A stretch of DNA of 64,000 nt from Trichoplax adhaerens (lineage: Eukaryota; Animalia; Placozoa). The stretch covers positions 4,994,267-5,058,266 of the forward strand of contig NW_002060947.1 of the NCBI RefSeq assembly GCF_000150275.1. The letters run 5' to 3'. The notes under the pieces were generated by a model, which saw nothing but the letters and a program-made list of their open reading frames with translations, was not told where the DNA came from and did not search any database. A program made the position numbers and the translations under genes. Shown in pieces: positions 14,510 through 27,406 of this stretch. Numbering within the stretch: the stretch's first letter is position 1; every line of letters starts with the position of its first letter.

Positions 14510-14967
14510 TGTCACCAGTCCCCACTTGTGATTTGGTTAGGTCAAGTGCTATGGTAATTGCGTAAGGCTTGCACTGACTTGGAAATCAAATCTTCTTCTA
14601 AGGGAAAACTAACTCTTTCCACACAGTCACACAACTACTCAGGTTTCTTTCAAACCACTAGTACTTTTTATTCGGCCATCCGATTTCTAGTCTCTACTAG
14701 ATTGTTCTAGCCCGGAGCAACTACTACTACTACTGGCGAATGGTAATTCGCTCGGTCTTTTATACTATCCCCACTCATAAGCTAATCCTATATTAAACCA
14801 TATTATATCTAGCTAAATATAATTAAATCTTTGTTGATTGCTCCATTTATAATAATTGTAAGCAACCAGTGCTAATGCCCCCTTGGTTGTTTACCAAAAT
14901 GGTAAACAACCGGGTTAATCAATTATTATTGCCTAATTTATAATTTACGGAGCTACACTTCGTAACA
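14510..14967 (-). mobile_element. Solo LTR of an LTR retrotransposon (458 bp) with 5-bp TSD TCTAA
   Basis: Ends TGTCAC...GTAACA (TG..CA, 5/6 inverted match). Flanked by TCTAA at 14505-14509 and 14968-14972. On the minus strand TATAAAA (14764-14758) is followed by AATAAA (14672-14667). Confidence 0.8.
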
Positions 14968-17539
14968 TCTAATTCTTGTTTTAATATTTTAAAGGCAATT
15001 TACAGCAGATTGAAAGATGCTTCATACTTTAAGAATCAAACCGTTTATAGATGGAGATTGAGCATTTTTATGCCTTATAAACGGAGCTACCCAAGTCCCA
15101 TAATATTTTCATATTAAATTTAGTGATTACATTTACTAATTATTAATCCCAGACACCCTCCCTTTAAAACGAGCAGCGCGGGGGTATTTATACTACTGTT
15201 AGATGACTTTGATTATGGGTTCATTTCAATAGGTCAGTATAAGATTCTTACAGTACTTTTTACCTCAAGATTTCTTCATGTAAAACGAATAGCTCTAAGG
15301 TAGTAATTTCTGCAGAGTACTGACTTTTAAAATAGTATTCATTATATCGGTAAGGGTGGCCACTGGGCCTTTCAATTTTGATTTGAGGTAATACTCTGAT
15401 GAAAATTGAATAGACATAGAATCTTTATAGAGTTTTCTACACAGCCATTTTGAATGTTACATTTTCTTATAACGGTTGTTATCGACAGAGCAAGCTTTGC
15501 TTGCATACGCAAGCGATCCTTAGACACATTATAATGATTGGTATAGAATTGACCACAGTACTAAGGATATTGTACCGCACTGTCGATATCTTACAGTACA
15601 CGCTAATCTTAACTTGGTATGTCCATCACCGTGTATTAGTTATCATAATGTGCTTTGAACCATTAACTAATCTTAATATAGCATTTCATAGCATTTCATT
15701 CGTGAATGCATTATTGAAAAGTAGTATTGTGGAAGCATAGCTGTGAATATAGTAGTGCCTGGCTATTACCAGGATATATGTAATGTCGAATGGTAATACT
15801 ATCTGTTAATTAATAACATATGGGTATATTATCGTAAACCGTCAGCAAAGCGACGTGAGTTTGTACTAGTATTAATTTAAAGTAGTTAAATCTAAACTAA
15901 AACGCTAACCATAGAAACCTGTTCAAGCGTGTGTGGTTTTAAAATAAACGAGTTATTGCTTAAGAAGTGTGCAGTGCACATCTTGCGAAGAAAAGTGTAA
16001 CCTTAATCAGTTGTTTATGAAGATCAACATAGGATCTGAATTTTATTAGTGGTGTATCGCTCCCACAAAGACCAAATCTCTGGGAAAATTGGCCCGATTT
16101 ATAGAATTATGTTAGAGTTCAATTAAATTTTTATCACAACCGCCCATACGTAAGTAATGGTTGACCGCTACGATAATTTACTTTATGGACACTTGATAGT
16201 CTTGTACAATTAAGAAATCTATTTTAAAATCTTACAATTTCTAATAATTTCGTAATTCTATTTTATGGTAAAGGTAATTTTTATACCAGTTTCAAATTGT
16301 TTTGTATTTCGTCTGATCAGTTTGAAATTATGATGTGTATAGTGATTTATGCAATAATTAAGAAAAGATATAACTTGACATATTAATACCAATTACTTAT
16401 TAACTGCTCATAATTTACTTCAAAAGTCATTTAATTATTTCCTAGTCATTAATAATATTTCGATAGCAATACGTATTATCCACATATCTTGATCTTCTGA
16501 TAACCAACTCTAGAATCAATAAAGATAGACAATATCTGCTATTGCTTTATGGTCAGGAATCAGATTTTTTAGCAAAATGGGTAGGATTCAAGTATAAATC
16601 TTTATCGATTGTCTAGGTTATCAAACTAAATTCTGCATTTAAACTCGAACACCCTGAGTAAAGATCAAATTTACTTGAAAATTATTAGGCTACAGTTGTT
16701 AACAACCGCTCTAACAGATCAGATAGTTAAAAGCTATTAAAAAATCTCTGATCTCACACCTTCAGGAAGATATGTCACGCAAAAAAAGGAACATAAAATG
16801 GCAGCATCTCTATAACTACAGCCTTAAATTATTAATTTACTGCGGCAGTATCACTTACACCACCGCAGAAGAACACATAATTTCGGAAGATTACAAAATA
16901 AATTCTGTTCTCTTCCTTCAGTCAAGATAAAAGTAAAAGCGTCTAAGATACCATAAGATTAGTGATATAATAACTGTATTGTTTAAATCCGGGATTTATC
17001 TCCATGTTATTTTTGTTATAAAGCCTGCATATAATTATCACCTAATATAATCTATGCGGAACTTTTAGCGATCTTTAATATAGATCTCATTTTGCTTAAT
17101 AAGCAATTGAGGGTATCTGTAATAAACAGCTATATAATTAATAGAAATGATATAATGTGTATTTAGTGAAGTGTTGCTACGGCACTGCATTTATATATAT
17201 GAGTATACTTTGGAGGCAGTGTTATCCGAAACAAAGATGTTTTTAAAATTGACAACTCTGTACGTATTAGTTAGAGTATGAATAAAAAATATCGCTGATT
17301 TTAAATATGTACTATGCCTTGCAACACGTAAATTGAACTGGTCATAGCAATAGATTCTGGTCGTTTACATCAGAAAAAATATTACTTTACTTTTTACAGT
17401 ACGTGAGTCACGCACTCTTATGACATTACTTATAACAGATAATATCTTCCTTTTACATATAAGCAGCGAAGAAAGGTCAAATAAACAAACCACTTTATTT
17501 ATTGATTTAGATGATTGCTTGCAAGCTGATTACAAATAA

Positions 17540-17709
17540 AGCTTCAATTTACTCTTTAAGAAATGACGTCAATAAAATAATAGTATATAGATGTACCAGC
17601 ATAAATGGTCGAATGCTATACATCATGTTTAGTGACTTTTTCAGCTTCAATTTACTCTTTAAGAAATGACATCAATAAAATAATAGTATATTGATGTACC
17701 AGCATAAAT
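17540..17709. repeat. 67-bp direct duplication (17540-17606 / 17643-17709) separated by a 36-bp insert matching 11461-11495
   Basis: The two copies differ at 2 positions. 17609-17643 is identical to 11461-11495 (tcgaatgctatacatcatgtttagtgactttttca). Confidence 0.9.
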
Positions 17710-19835
17710 AATGATTTGGCTTTCATATCGAAAGTGATGGTACTGTTTAATTGCAACTTTGCGTGATGATTCATAGAGCCTTAAGAAATTACTGATAAAT
17801 TAAAAATTTACTCTAATAGTTCAGCTGATCGAGTTATAAACATACTTAAATCAATAATTAATGCGGCATAAACATTAATTATTTAACAAGAAAACGATAA
17901 AAGAGCGGCGAAGTTACCTTATTAACTTTATAAAAATGATTATTCTCAAATCGTAAACTTTATAGTATCACAGCATTCCTAAGCCGATAAATTAAGTAAC
18001 ACCCGCACTTAAAAAACTAGCTTAGCCCTGATTTTCGTCAGTTAGAGTCTCCTTCTGAGCTATTAAAATTTAGTACTGCTTTCTTTTAATCTCTCTCTAA
18101 AATATTATAAAAAGCTCATAATCGAAATATTATATCACTGCAAGTGATGTAAGTGCTAGTGAAAATTATTTTATTCTTACAATTTATAAATTAAATTGTT
18201 TATATGATGTTATGTACAAGCAATCGCACTATAATGAATTCATTCTTAATCTATAATTTTAATTTTCTCCAATTCGCGATCTCTTTCTTCTCCGTAACTA
18301 AAAACAAACACTGTTTTGATGACGAGTTTTTAGAATATTAAAAAGGGTTTTAATAAACTTCCATAATTTGGCTTCATACGACACGTTTTCACTCTATACT
18401 TAATCGTCCCTCTATATTATTAAAGCTTCTGTAGCATTTTGTTTAGCCTAGCGATTCGTGCCAGCTAATCTACTCATAACTAAGCTGCTAAAATTTTATA
18501 TCGTCACAGATACGAATACATACTATATCAACGCCTCATCAATCAAGAAAGATTTGCAATTTAGTTTTCATAACAGATATCGGAAAGAAAATATGGCCGC
18601 ATACAACGGTACTGTCTTACTCTCTGAAGATGTTTATAAACTATGCTGTTGATAATTTAAAACATGCATTTTTATTTGTTCATAAAATATAAATTATCGT
18701 TTCATTGTATATTATTATAACAATACGATAATTCATACCAGCATGCCCTCACTGTTTTGCTAACTGTTGTGCTTTCCAATGGCAAATAAAACTGCCAGCG
18801 AAAAGTATACGAGTTTGTGATTTAGAACTATAGCAAAAATTAATCTCAATAATTATAAGAACAAATTCTCATGTAATTTAATTTTAAATTTTGTTTATTG
18901 CGCTACGCCATTTGATTGCTATGGAAATTAGCAATACAAACACTACTAATTTCCTATTATGAAGAGGGAGACTGGGATTATTCTTCTAATTCTATAACAA
19001 TTCGTGAATACCTGTGCATCGCATAGTTCAGATTTTTCTAAATGAAAGCTTATTGAGTGATTGCTATGCTTATTTTCAGAAATCAATTTGAAATCTATTT
19101 GCTTTTGAAATTTGACGAAATCTGTGTAACAATATCTTATTCAATTCAGTAAAATTTTTTTGTATGTAAAACCTGGATGAAAACAGAGTTTAAAATTACA
19201 TAGAAGTTGCAGAATAGACATTGGCGTCAACATATTTTTTTAAGTGAAAAGAACTTTATTAGTATTAATATTAAGTAGAAAAGCATGATACTTCGACGTT
19301 TATTATGCTATCCTCCAGCAAATGCGTATTTACATCCCAATAAGAGTGCTTATATAGTTATACAGAGTGTGCTAATGATCTCATGATCTCGGACTATACC
19401 GTACGTTATGATCTTCTAAAGTAGAATGCATGGTAATACATATAACAAATTTATAATTATGTATATGAATATAAATGTAGATGAGTAGCATTGAGTAAGC
19501 ATTACTCAAAATAGGCAAATTGTTACTGCCAGTAATTGATATAACGTCGATATATATCAATAGAGTTAACCGGAGAAAATCTATAATAACAAATTATATC
19601 AGTAAGTTATTATAAAGTTTGGTTATAAATTCCGAGATTAATTTGAAGATTTTATGTCAATTTCGCTACATCGTAATTAGTTAACTACAATTTTTGGTAA
19701 TGAGAAGATAAATATACGGTAGAGTAATGAAGATATATTTAAGAACGTAGCTAGCTAAGCATCAATCTTGGCGCTATCGGTTTGCAGTGAGTGAGAATTA
19801 AAATCATTCAAAGCAAGTTAGACTCTCGAGACAGA

Positions 19836-22800
19836 TTATGCCTGAGATTCCATTTCTTCAATTCTGTTTTTGATGATCTTTATTTCTTCTTCCATCTTAT
19901 GATACTTCTTATAAGCCTAGTGCGAGTTAAAAATTATTGTACCCTTAATATTATGACTTCTAAGCTATGATGATATGTGTAATATTTTTCAATTACATTT
20001 TGTAAAGCACATCTCCCTGATTCAATCGTAGTAAAAGTGGTATCAGATGAGACAAGTCCTACTCCTCGAAGCGATTCATCAACAAAAACCTCTTGTTGAT
20101 CGGCAATTTTTCTTCTTCCCCAATGATTGGGATTCCTCCATAAATTAATCTATTAATTTAAATTTAACTTCATTATTACTTGTCACATGGATAATTTGAG
20201 ATGGAATAAGTAGCAAAGTTAATTTAAAATTAGAGTTTGAGCAGTATTTATAGATATGTCGCGTAGAATTTTATCATTATAGGCATTTTTTCAAATTTTG
20301 ATATGGTACCTTAGGTAAAAAGACCATGAACATGGTAATAGTTGTACAAAAAATAATAAATCCACCAAGAAGTGCAAATTTTATTGTTGGTTGAGGTCCA
20401 ATTAAAAATGCAGTTAGTGCTCCAATAACACAAAATACTGTAATATTATAAATCGAAAAGCCAATAAACTTGGAATCATTCAGCATGGATATAGTAACTT
20501 TTCGGGTCTCATAGGCTAAGAACGTGCCAAATATTAGCACCAAAAATTTGTAACTGCATACCAACCCTAGCCATACAGCAGTGTTCTTGCACGTGCAAAC
20601 ATATGATGTCTGTTTGAAGACAATATCGTGCTTTGGTTCCTATCAAATAGATTAATTATTTTAAATGGAAATCTTTCTTAAATAGATCCTAATAGCATAC
20701 TTAATCCTTTTTATCTTCGCGATACAGCATCTATTACAAAACAGCTTTTAATCGGTACCCATAAATATTATCAGTATATAGCTCATCTAAAATTTATCAA
20801 TAGTAAATTATCTACGACGTTTTACGTATTAACATAGATGATTCTATACTTTCATAATAGTATCAAATTAAGGATAGAAAAGGCTCGTGCAGCTTTAGTA
20901 TCAATTTGTTAATTTTTAATAAAAGTTGGATTTCAAATTTTCGTTAAGCTTAATGGAGTGTCGTGAATCTTTGTGACCTCCTAGCGATAAAGATCGCCAG
21001 TGAAGTCGTACTGTGAGGAAATATCAAGAAGGACAAGCCGGACAGTAAAGTCCTAGTATTCAAGCTTTCTCGTTGAAATTTTTGATTTGTAACAGTATAT
21101 ATGCAAGGTTTAATCAATACGTTGTATCTTGAAAGTGTTTTCATCGTGAATTATACACAATTATTAATTTATTACCGTGGTGGTTGATGTGATAACATCA
21201 GCAATTAAAGGATCAACGACCGTCCAAATCGTGAGAAGGACAATATCGACTATTGCTAACTGCGATACAACGGCTAGCAAATGCCAGTCTTTGACAATCT
21301 AATCAGCATCAATTTAATACGTAGAAAGTAATAATTTTATCAGTTAAACTCTATCACCGCTAACGGAAATATCGACTTGAATAAAACTTCTATAATATCT
21401 GTTATCATAGTTAAAGCCTTTATGCTTACAATCCTTTTGGCAGTTTTTAAAGCAAAAATTCTGTACACTCGCCACATCTTAGCAAACAGAGATCCAAAAG
21501 CTAATGTAAAACCCAAACATAAGAGCCAAATATTTGCTTGACAGAGTATCGAAAATCCGATTGTAGTTGTAAAATTGGTATCAATTGCCATCATGACCAC
21601 TGAAACGTAGCAGATGCAGCATCCAATTGCAAACAACGCATTCATACGCGGACTTAATAGCTTAATTTGCCTAGATTAACAGTTAATTTTAATTCAACTT
21701 CTTCGCTTAAAGTGAATGATAGATTTAAGTTAAGTGATAATGCAGCTTTAGTATCAAATAGATTACTCAGATGGTTACTAACTAATTATCGATGAGTATA
21801 GAAATACATCAAGTTACTTTTATCGAATGTATGAGTATTAACACTGTACTATGAAGATTAAGTTGCTACTCCACTTTTTGAAGTACTATCTACAATCTAC
21901 CCTAAATTTTAAGAAAAATGTCCAATGGATGAATATACTACTAATTTGAGTATCAGCAAAGGCCACATTTTATGAAAGTTGTGGCTTGAAAATTATCATA
22001 AATTGTATTATTAACTTTCGGCTAACTGTATTTAAGATACATGGCAACTTACTTGTGGTTCTGATAATACAGACTGAATGCAAAAAATAGCAAGGATGTC
22101 AGTATTCCCAGTATAGATAGAGCTAAGTAGATAATTGTCAGACCCAAGGAAATGTGCAAAGTTTGGATTTTGATGACGGATTGAGAAAGTGGTGGGAAAC
22201 CATCTGTATTAAATTGCATTAATAAGCGACATTAACATGAGATTTCAGCTTTTAAATTAATTCTTTTAACTGAATAAGAATTTGTTAACAATTTAGCAAA
22301 GCTTCTTTTCAGTTCTGATACATTGCAAGCTGAGACCATTTCATAAATTTTATCCTAATCCTTCTTCCATTAATTATCTTGTTATATATCATATTGAGTT
22401 CTTATTAATTACAATTGTTGTTATTGGATACAAGTCTCAGTATGGCCTAGAACCGTAGTAAAAGTAACTCACATTCGTATTTCATTTAATGCGTGAGAAA
22501 ATTATTATGAGATACCTATTTAAAAATTAGTGCCTATCTTACACTAGAAGATAGAACTATTCTTTTTTTTATATTAATGAAATATGATAAACGTCTGACA
22601 AGCTGGATCGTGTATTATACTTATTAAAATGCGCTAATTAAAAAATGAGATATTTTATTTAATCGTAAAATAAGCTAGCTAGTAATGATAAGGCTAAGTT
22701 TCTGCCACTTACTCGGCCATACGACTTTGTTTTCTGAAAAGATGGTTACACTATCAGTCGCTGCTTTGTAGAGACCAACCGGAACAGTTTTGTTTTGTGA

Positions 22801-25800
22801 CTTTTCACCTGTTAGCAATGATGCAAGATATTTTCAAATTTTTATTAAAACACTACTACACATTTTCTGGAATTCATCCAATAAAATTATCAATCTTTAA
22901 TAATATATTTTAATGCATTTTGTTCTTTGCATATAGCCAATAAAAAATAATTGCAATCAAATTCGGCAGGTAGTTTTTAGGTTAATTTAGCTTACCTTGA
23001 AATTGAAATATGTAGACATCACCAAGCCTATCGGCTCCAAAGAATTTAATTTCTCCCTTTTAGCGTATTGGATATACATCCATTTATGATTTCGTTATAG
23101 ATCATACAATTATAAATAAAGCAATTCTGATTACAATATGGATAAAAGGAGTCTGGTTCAATCAATGTGATTCTTGTAACTTACCGTTATACCTAAGATC
23201 GACATGTCAGCGATGTTTTTAACAATCGTACTACGAATATCGCTGCTTTCATAATTAAATTGAGATAGACTCCTGTTTTGAGGCAGTAATTGCTGCTCCG
23301 TTTTATCCAAAGCATGAGCCATTGTCCATACGGCATCGTACATGTAAGCACGTAAGGTATTGGTGGTCGTAACATTATTTAAATGTTGAAATTGTTGATT
23401 AAAATTCAGTGGTGACTATGTAGAAGAAATGAAATAGCCAATTATATAAATCATTGATTATATTATCAATATATCTAAAATCAAGCCACAGTTAAGGTCA
23501 TTTATCTGCAAGAATATTAACAATCTAATCTTTATGTACTATCATCTCAAATTACCTACCCTTCCAGAAATAGTCGGTTCGGTACTAGTTTGCGGGTATG
23601 ATCGATAAACGTAGAAATAATTTTGTATAACTTGGTAAATTTGATCAGGCGTACATTTCGTGTGAGGCTGCATTTCAACCTCCCACCAGTCATTAGGATA
23701 CCATCCAACTAATATCCAGACATATTTGGGACCATATAACTTTTGCTTATATGCCTTAAATTAAAGACAGAATACGTTAACTGGTTTGATCAATTAATTT
23801 TTTCTCCTGCTATTAATGTTCTATAGTGATTGGCATTATTATATTTGCAACTATTTCATGATAATAACTAATCAATTACAGATAGATAATTACTTAATTT
23901 GCGCTAAATGTTCAAAAAAAATTTAAACTACCTTGCAACTAGTGCACAGAGATACTGTTAGTGATTTAATTCTGAAAGTATGACCTTAGCACCTAGGTAG
24001 ACTTGTAATTGAGGTAATGAAATTGTTTCAAATAATATATAAATACTCATATACATATTAGAATTAAATTCTATTTTAATATTCTTGACTGTCATCTCAA
24101 TGATGCTTTGGAGCCACTACCCGAATAGTTAAATCTATCTTAAACCTATCACTACTACAAAATTCTTGTCGATACTCTACCCTTGACGTCTAATTTATTT
24201 ATTCTTATGACTATAATTTATTAATTTACTGTAGAATGTCCGTGAAGCCATTACCTCACATAATACATGTAAAATAACTGGAGCTTGGCCAATGGCATAT
24301 ATAATTCGCATATCTTTAGCCTGAAAGAAAATTTAAGATTCTATTTACAATTAACCAATATCGTTCTATCGTTCTACTATCTTTAGCAAATTATAAACTT
24401 CTTAAATTAGAAGATATGATGGTTTGGTTATAAATTCAATCCAATTAGTAACTAATTAATACCATTTTAATGAAAAAGAATGGTATCTACCGATTCATGA
24501 AATTAAAATATTGGCACTGTCTACGATTTATTCACTGCCGCTAATAATTATTGTAAACTATTATATTGTTGTAGCATTACCGGCGGAATTAGAATTCATT
24601 CACTTACTTTAAGATTGCCTATGACCACGGCAAACTGATCAAGAACACCTTCGGCATATACATCAGTAATATTTTTACTTTTGAAATCACTAACGAGATC
24701 GTTAGCCGCCTATGGTAAAACATATGATAATGAGATGTAGAATTGTTTTAGTCAGCTTATTCATCATCATATACAGTATGTCAACTTATACCTATTTAAG
24801 GTAAAAGATCTACAACTTGTATAACGTAGCAATAGAAATATTGGTGGTAATACAATTCTTTAACTTTCGAACTCATATTCATTTATTAGCTGAGCTCAAG
24901 GAAATACTGATATAGTAGTTAGGGTAAACACATAATTAAACACTAATGGCTCATTTGTTCGATGCAATTTTGCTGCTACGAGTCAAAAATACTTCGGTTT
25001 TAAATCGTTTTAAAATAGGAAAATTGTACTTGATAACCATGATTAATCGACATTCATACAGCAAGAATATAAGTGCACAGCATAGGAAATTTAAATCACA
25101 ATTTAAAATATAAATAAATATACTTGTATTGAATTATGAATATGAGACCGAAACTTGAAATTAAGGGACGATCAATCTGGAACTGAATTTTTATTACAGT
25201 TACTGGATGTGTAAGAACAGATAGATTTAGCCCCAAAGTAAGTGATTGCTATAGAGTCAGTCAGTCAAATCAATCTTTGAATTAATTTAAGTAATTGTTT
25301 ATCGTCACTTAGTTTTATTTAAGAGCAAATGATATTGAATTATTACCGCTGTATAAGCTGTTGCAATCTGATAGAGTACCGCTACTTTAGTCCAACCGTA
25401 ATGCAAGGAGAAGGCCACACGAGCCAAATTATAACTGATGTCAGATAGAGCTGTTCGGAAAAAGTAAGGAAACTGTTCTCTGTTGCTTAAAATCGGTGAG
25501 GTAGAACCATGAGATATCTATAATAAATGAAAACCTCATCTTTTTATTTGTATACTCCTAAAAGGAGTTATTACCATATAATTTTTATTCATTTCGCTAT
25601 TTTGACATATAAGACTTGGTTAAATTATAAGCTGTATTCGGGTATTGCGTACGACCATAATTTATTATCCATCAGTGATAGCAGTTTTAATGAATGGATA
25701 TCTCAGTGTAAATTAAGCATAATAGCAATATCACGATTCCATAAATATAGGTTTACTTTATAAAGGCTTTTGATGATAATTATTTCTATTTAAACAATAC

Positions 25801-27406
25801 ACGTCAATTTCTATAACTTAAAATAAAGTAGAATAAGTTAAATTAAAGGATTAAGCACCTGTCTTGATTGTGCTACTCAAATTAATAAATTAAAATTTGC
25901 AGTAGATATATTAATATTAGACTATAATATACCGTCGCTATCAATTTAAAAATTTTAAATTTTCTTTGCATTATAGTTCCTGAAGGTGTTACCCTTTAGG
26001 TCTATTTACCAGCAAAGCAGTCCATGCAATAATTATTATTTTGGTCTTAGACAAGGAGATTTAAGTTATTATTCTAAAATGTAATTGCAACATTGTATGA
26101 ATATATTTATATATGCTGACCTGTGCTAAATTCCATGATTTAGCCGCTGAAGCTACATATTCTGAACTTCTCGAATTTTGAGCGCCAATTATGCCAACTT
26201 TAATTGTTTTTTGCATTATCATGCGTATAAAAACGTCGATTGCGCTAGCCGGATTAAACTAGGAAACGGTATCAGAAAGACACATTTTCATTAGTAAGGA
26301 TCAAAGTTCCGATACACGATTATTCACGATATAGTATTAACTTGTCAACATCCAAACAAAAATGCCGATCAATATCACCGAGGTATTTTTTATTTCAAGG
26401 CCTTATTTGTGGTCGTGGTTTTGTTTAATAATAGAAAATGGTTAAAATCAGCTTGTTTTGAAAATGATATAACCAAAAGCAATATTGAATATGTAAAGCG
26501 AAAGGTGCTTGTTGCATAAGGAAATAATCGAACGAAAATGAAGACAGTTTCTTTACTTTACTGAAAATTTTTTTGGAGCAATGCACATATTTACGACAAA
26601 TGCGGTAGCGGTAGTAGAAAAATGAATGAAGGAAATGATCCTTGCGAAAACTTATATCAAACCTTATTATAGTTGCATTAGATATTAATACTGCTAGCCT
26701 TAAAATTTTGTAAAATGCAGCGTTATGCATACTGTTTAACTCTTGTTAGTGCGCTGATAAGTTTATTACCACAAAAGGAATTAATTGCACATTACCTTTG
26801 GCGTGAGTAAAAGCTTAGAGAATTGTCAATGTGATAAACTATATATTTCGCCAGAATATTTGCATCAGACCACCCGGTAGTTTTGTAATAGTTTATTTAA
26901 AATATGGAACTAATTTATGTAAATTGAAAGATAATTTACTATACTGAATAGAAAGTAAAACTATGTAAAAATTACTTGTTCCCTACAGGAGTAAATTATT
27001 ATATTTAATAATCTCCAGAGGCAATACTAATCAAATAGGAAGAATGTTACCAATTGCACAGATGAGGCCTTCGCAAATTCATAATTATACTAAATTAGAT
27101 ATTATTGTCTACATCTCTATAATGTAGCTGATCTTACCACTGACTTTTAGATCTTACCTTGCTGAAACCAATTTCTGCTTTTAACTCATATTGACTTAAA
27201 ATTGTATCATTGGAATTGATATCTGACAGCGCTAACTTGACGGTTTCAATTAAATCAATTCCACTAGGACCTCGAGTACTTAAAGGAACCATAACACCAA
27301 TGTATAGTGGTTTCTTTACTGCTGATGCCAAAGAATTCGATTGCAAAATGGAGATTTTGAGTAGAAATACCAAAGTTATCAAAGAAATATATCTTGCCAA
27401 TTTCAT
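19836..27406 (-). CDS. GABA-B-receptor-like class C GPCR, paralog 2 (complete, spliced)
   Basis: Exon 1 27406-27158 (signal peptide, 'LYIGVMVPLS'). Further exons encode 'SHGSTSPILSNREQFPYFFRT', 'YGPKYVWILVGWY', 'YDAVWTMAHALD', 'GFTLAFGSLFAKMWRVYRIF', 'FGTFLAYETRKVTISMLNDSKFIGFSIYN', 'FCTTITMFMVFLPK'. Last exon 'AYKKYHKMEEEIKIIKNRIEEMESQA*' with stop at 19838-19836. Intron positions match paralog 1 where comparable. Confidence 0.94.

Noticed and set aside
7170-19000. Short ORF-track calls in the inter-receptor spacer
   Set aside because: AT-rich random ORFs with no homology signal; one spans an N gap.
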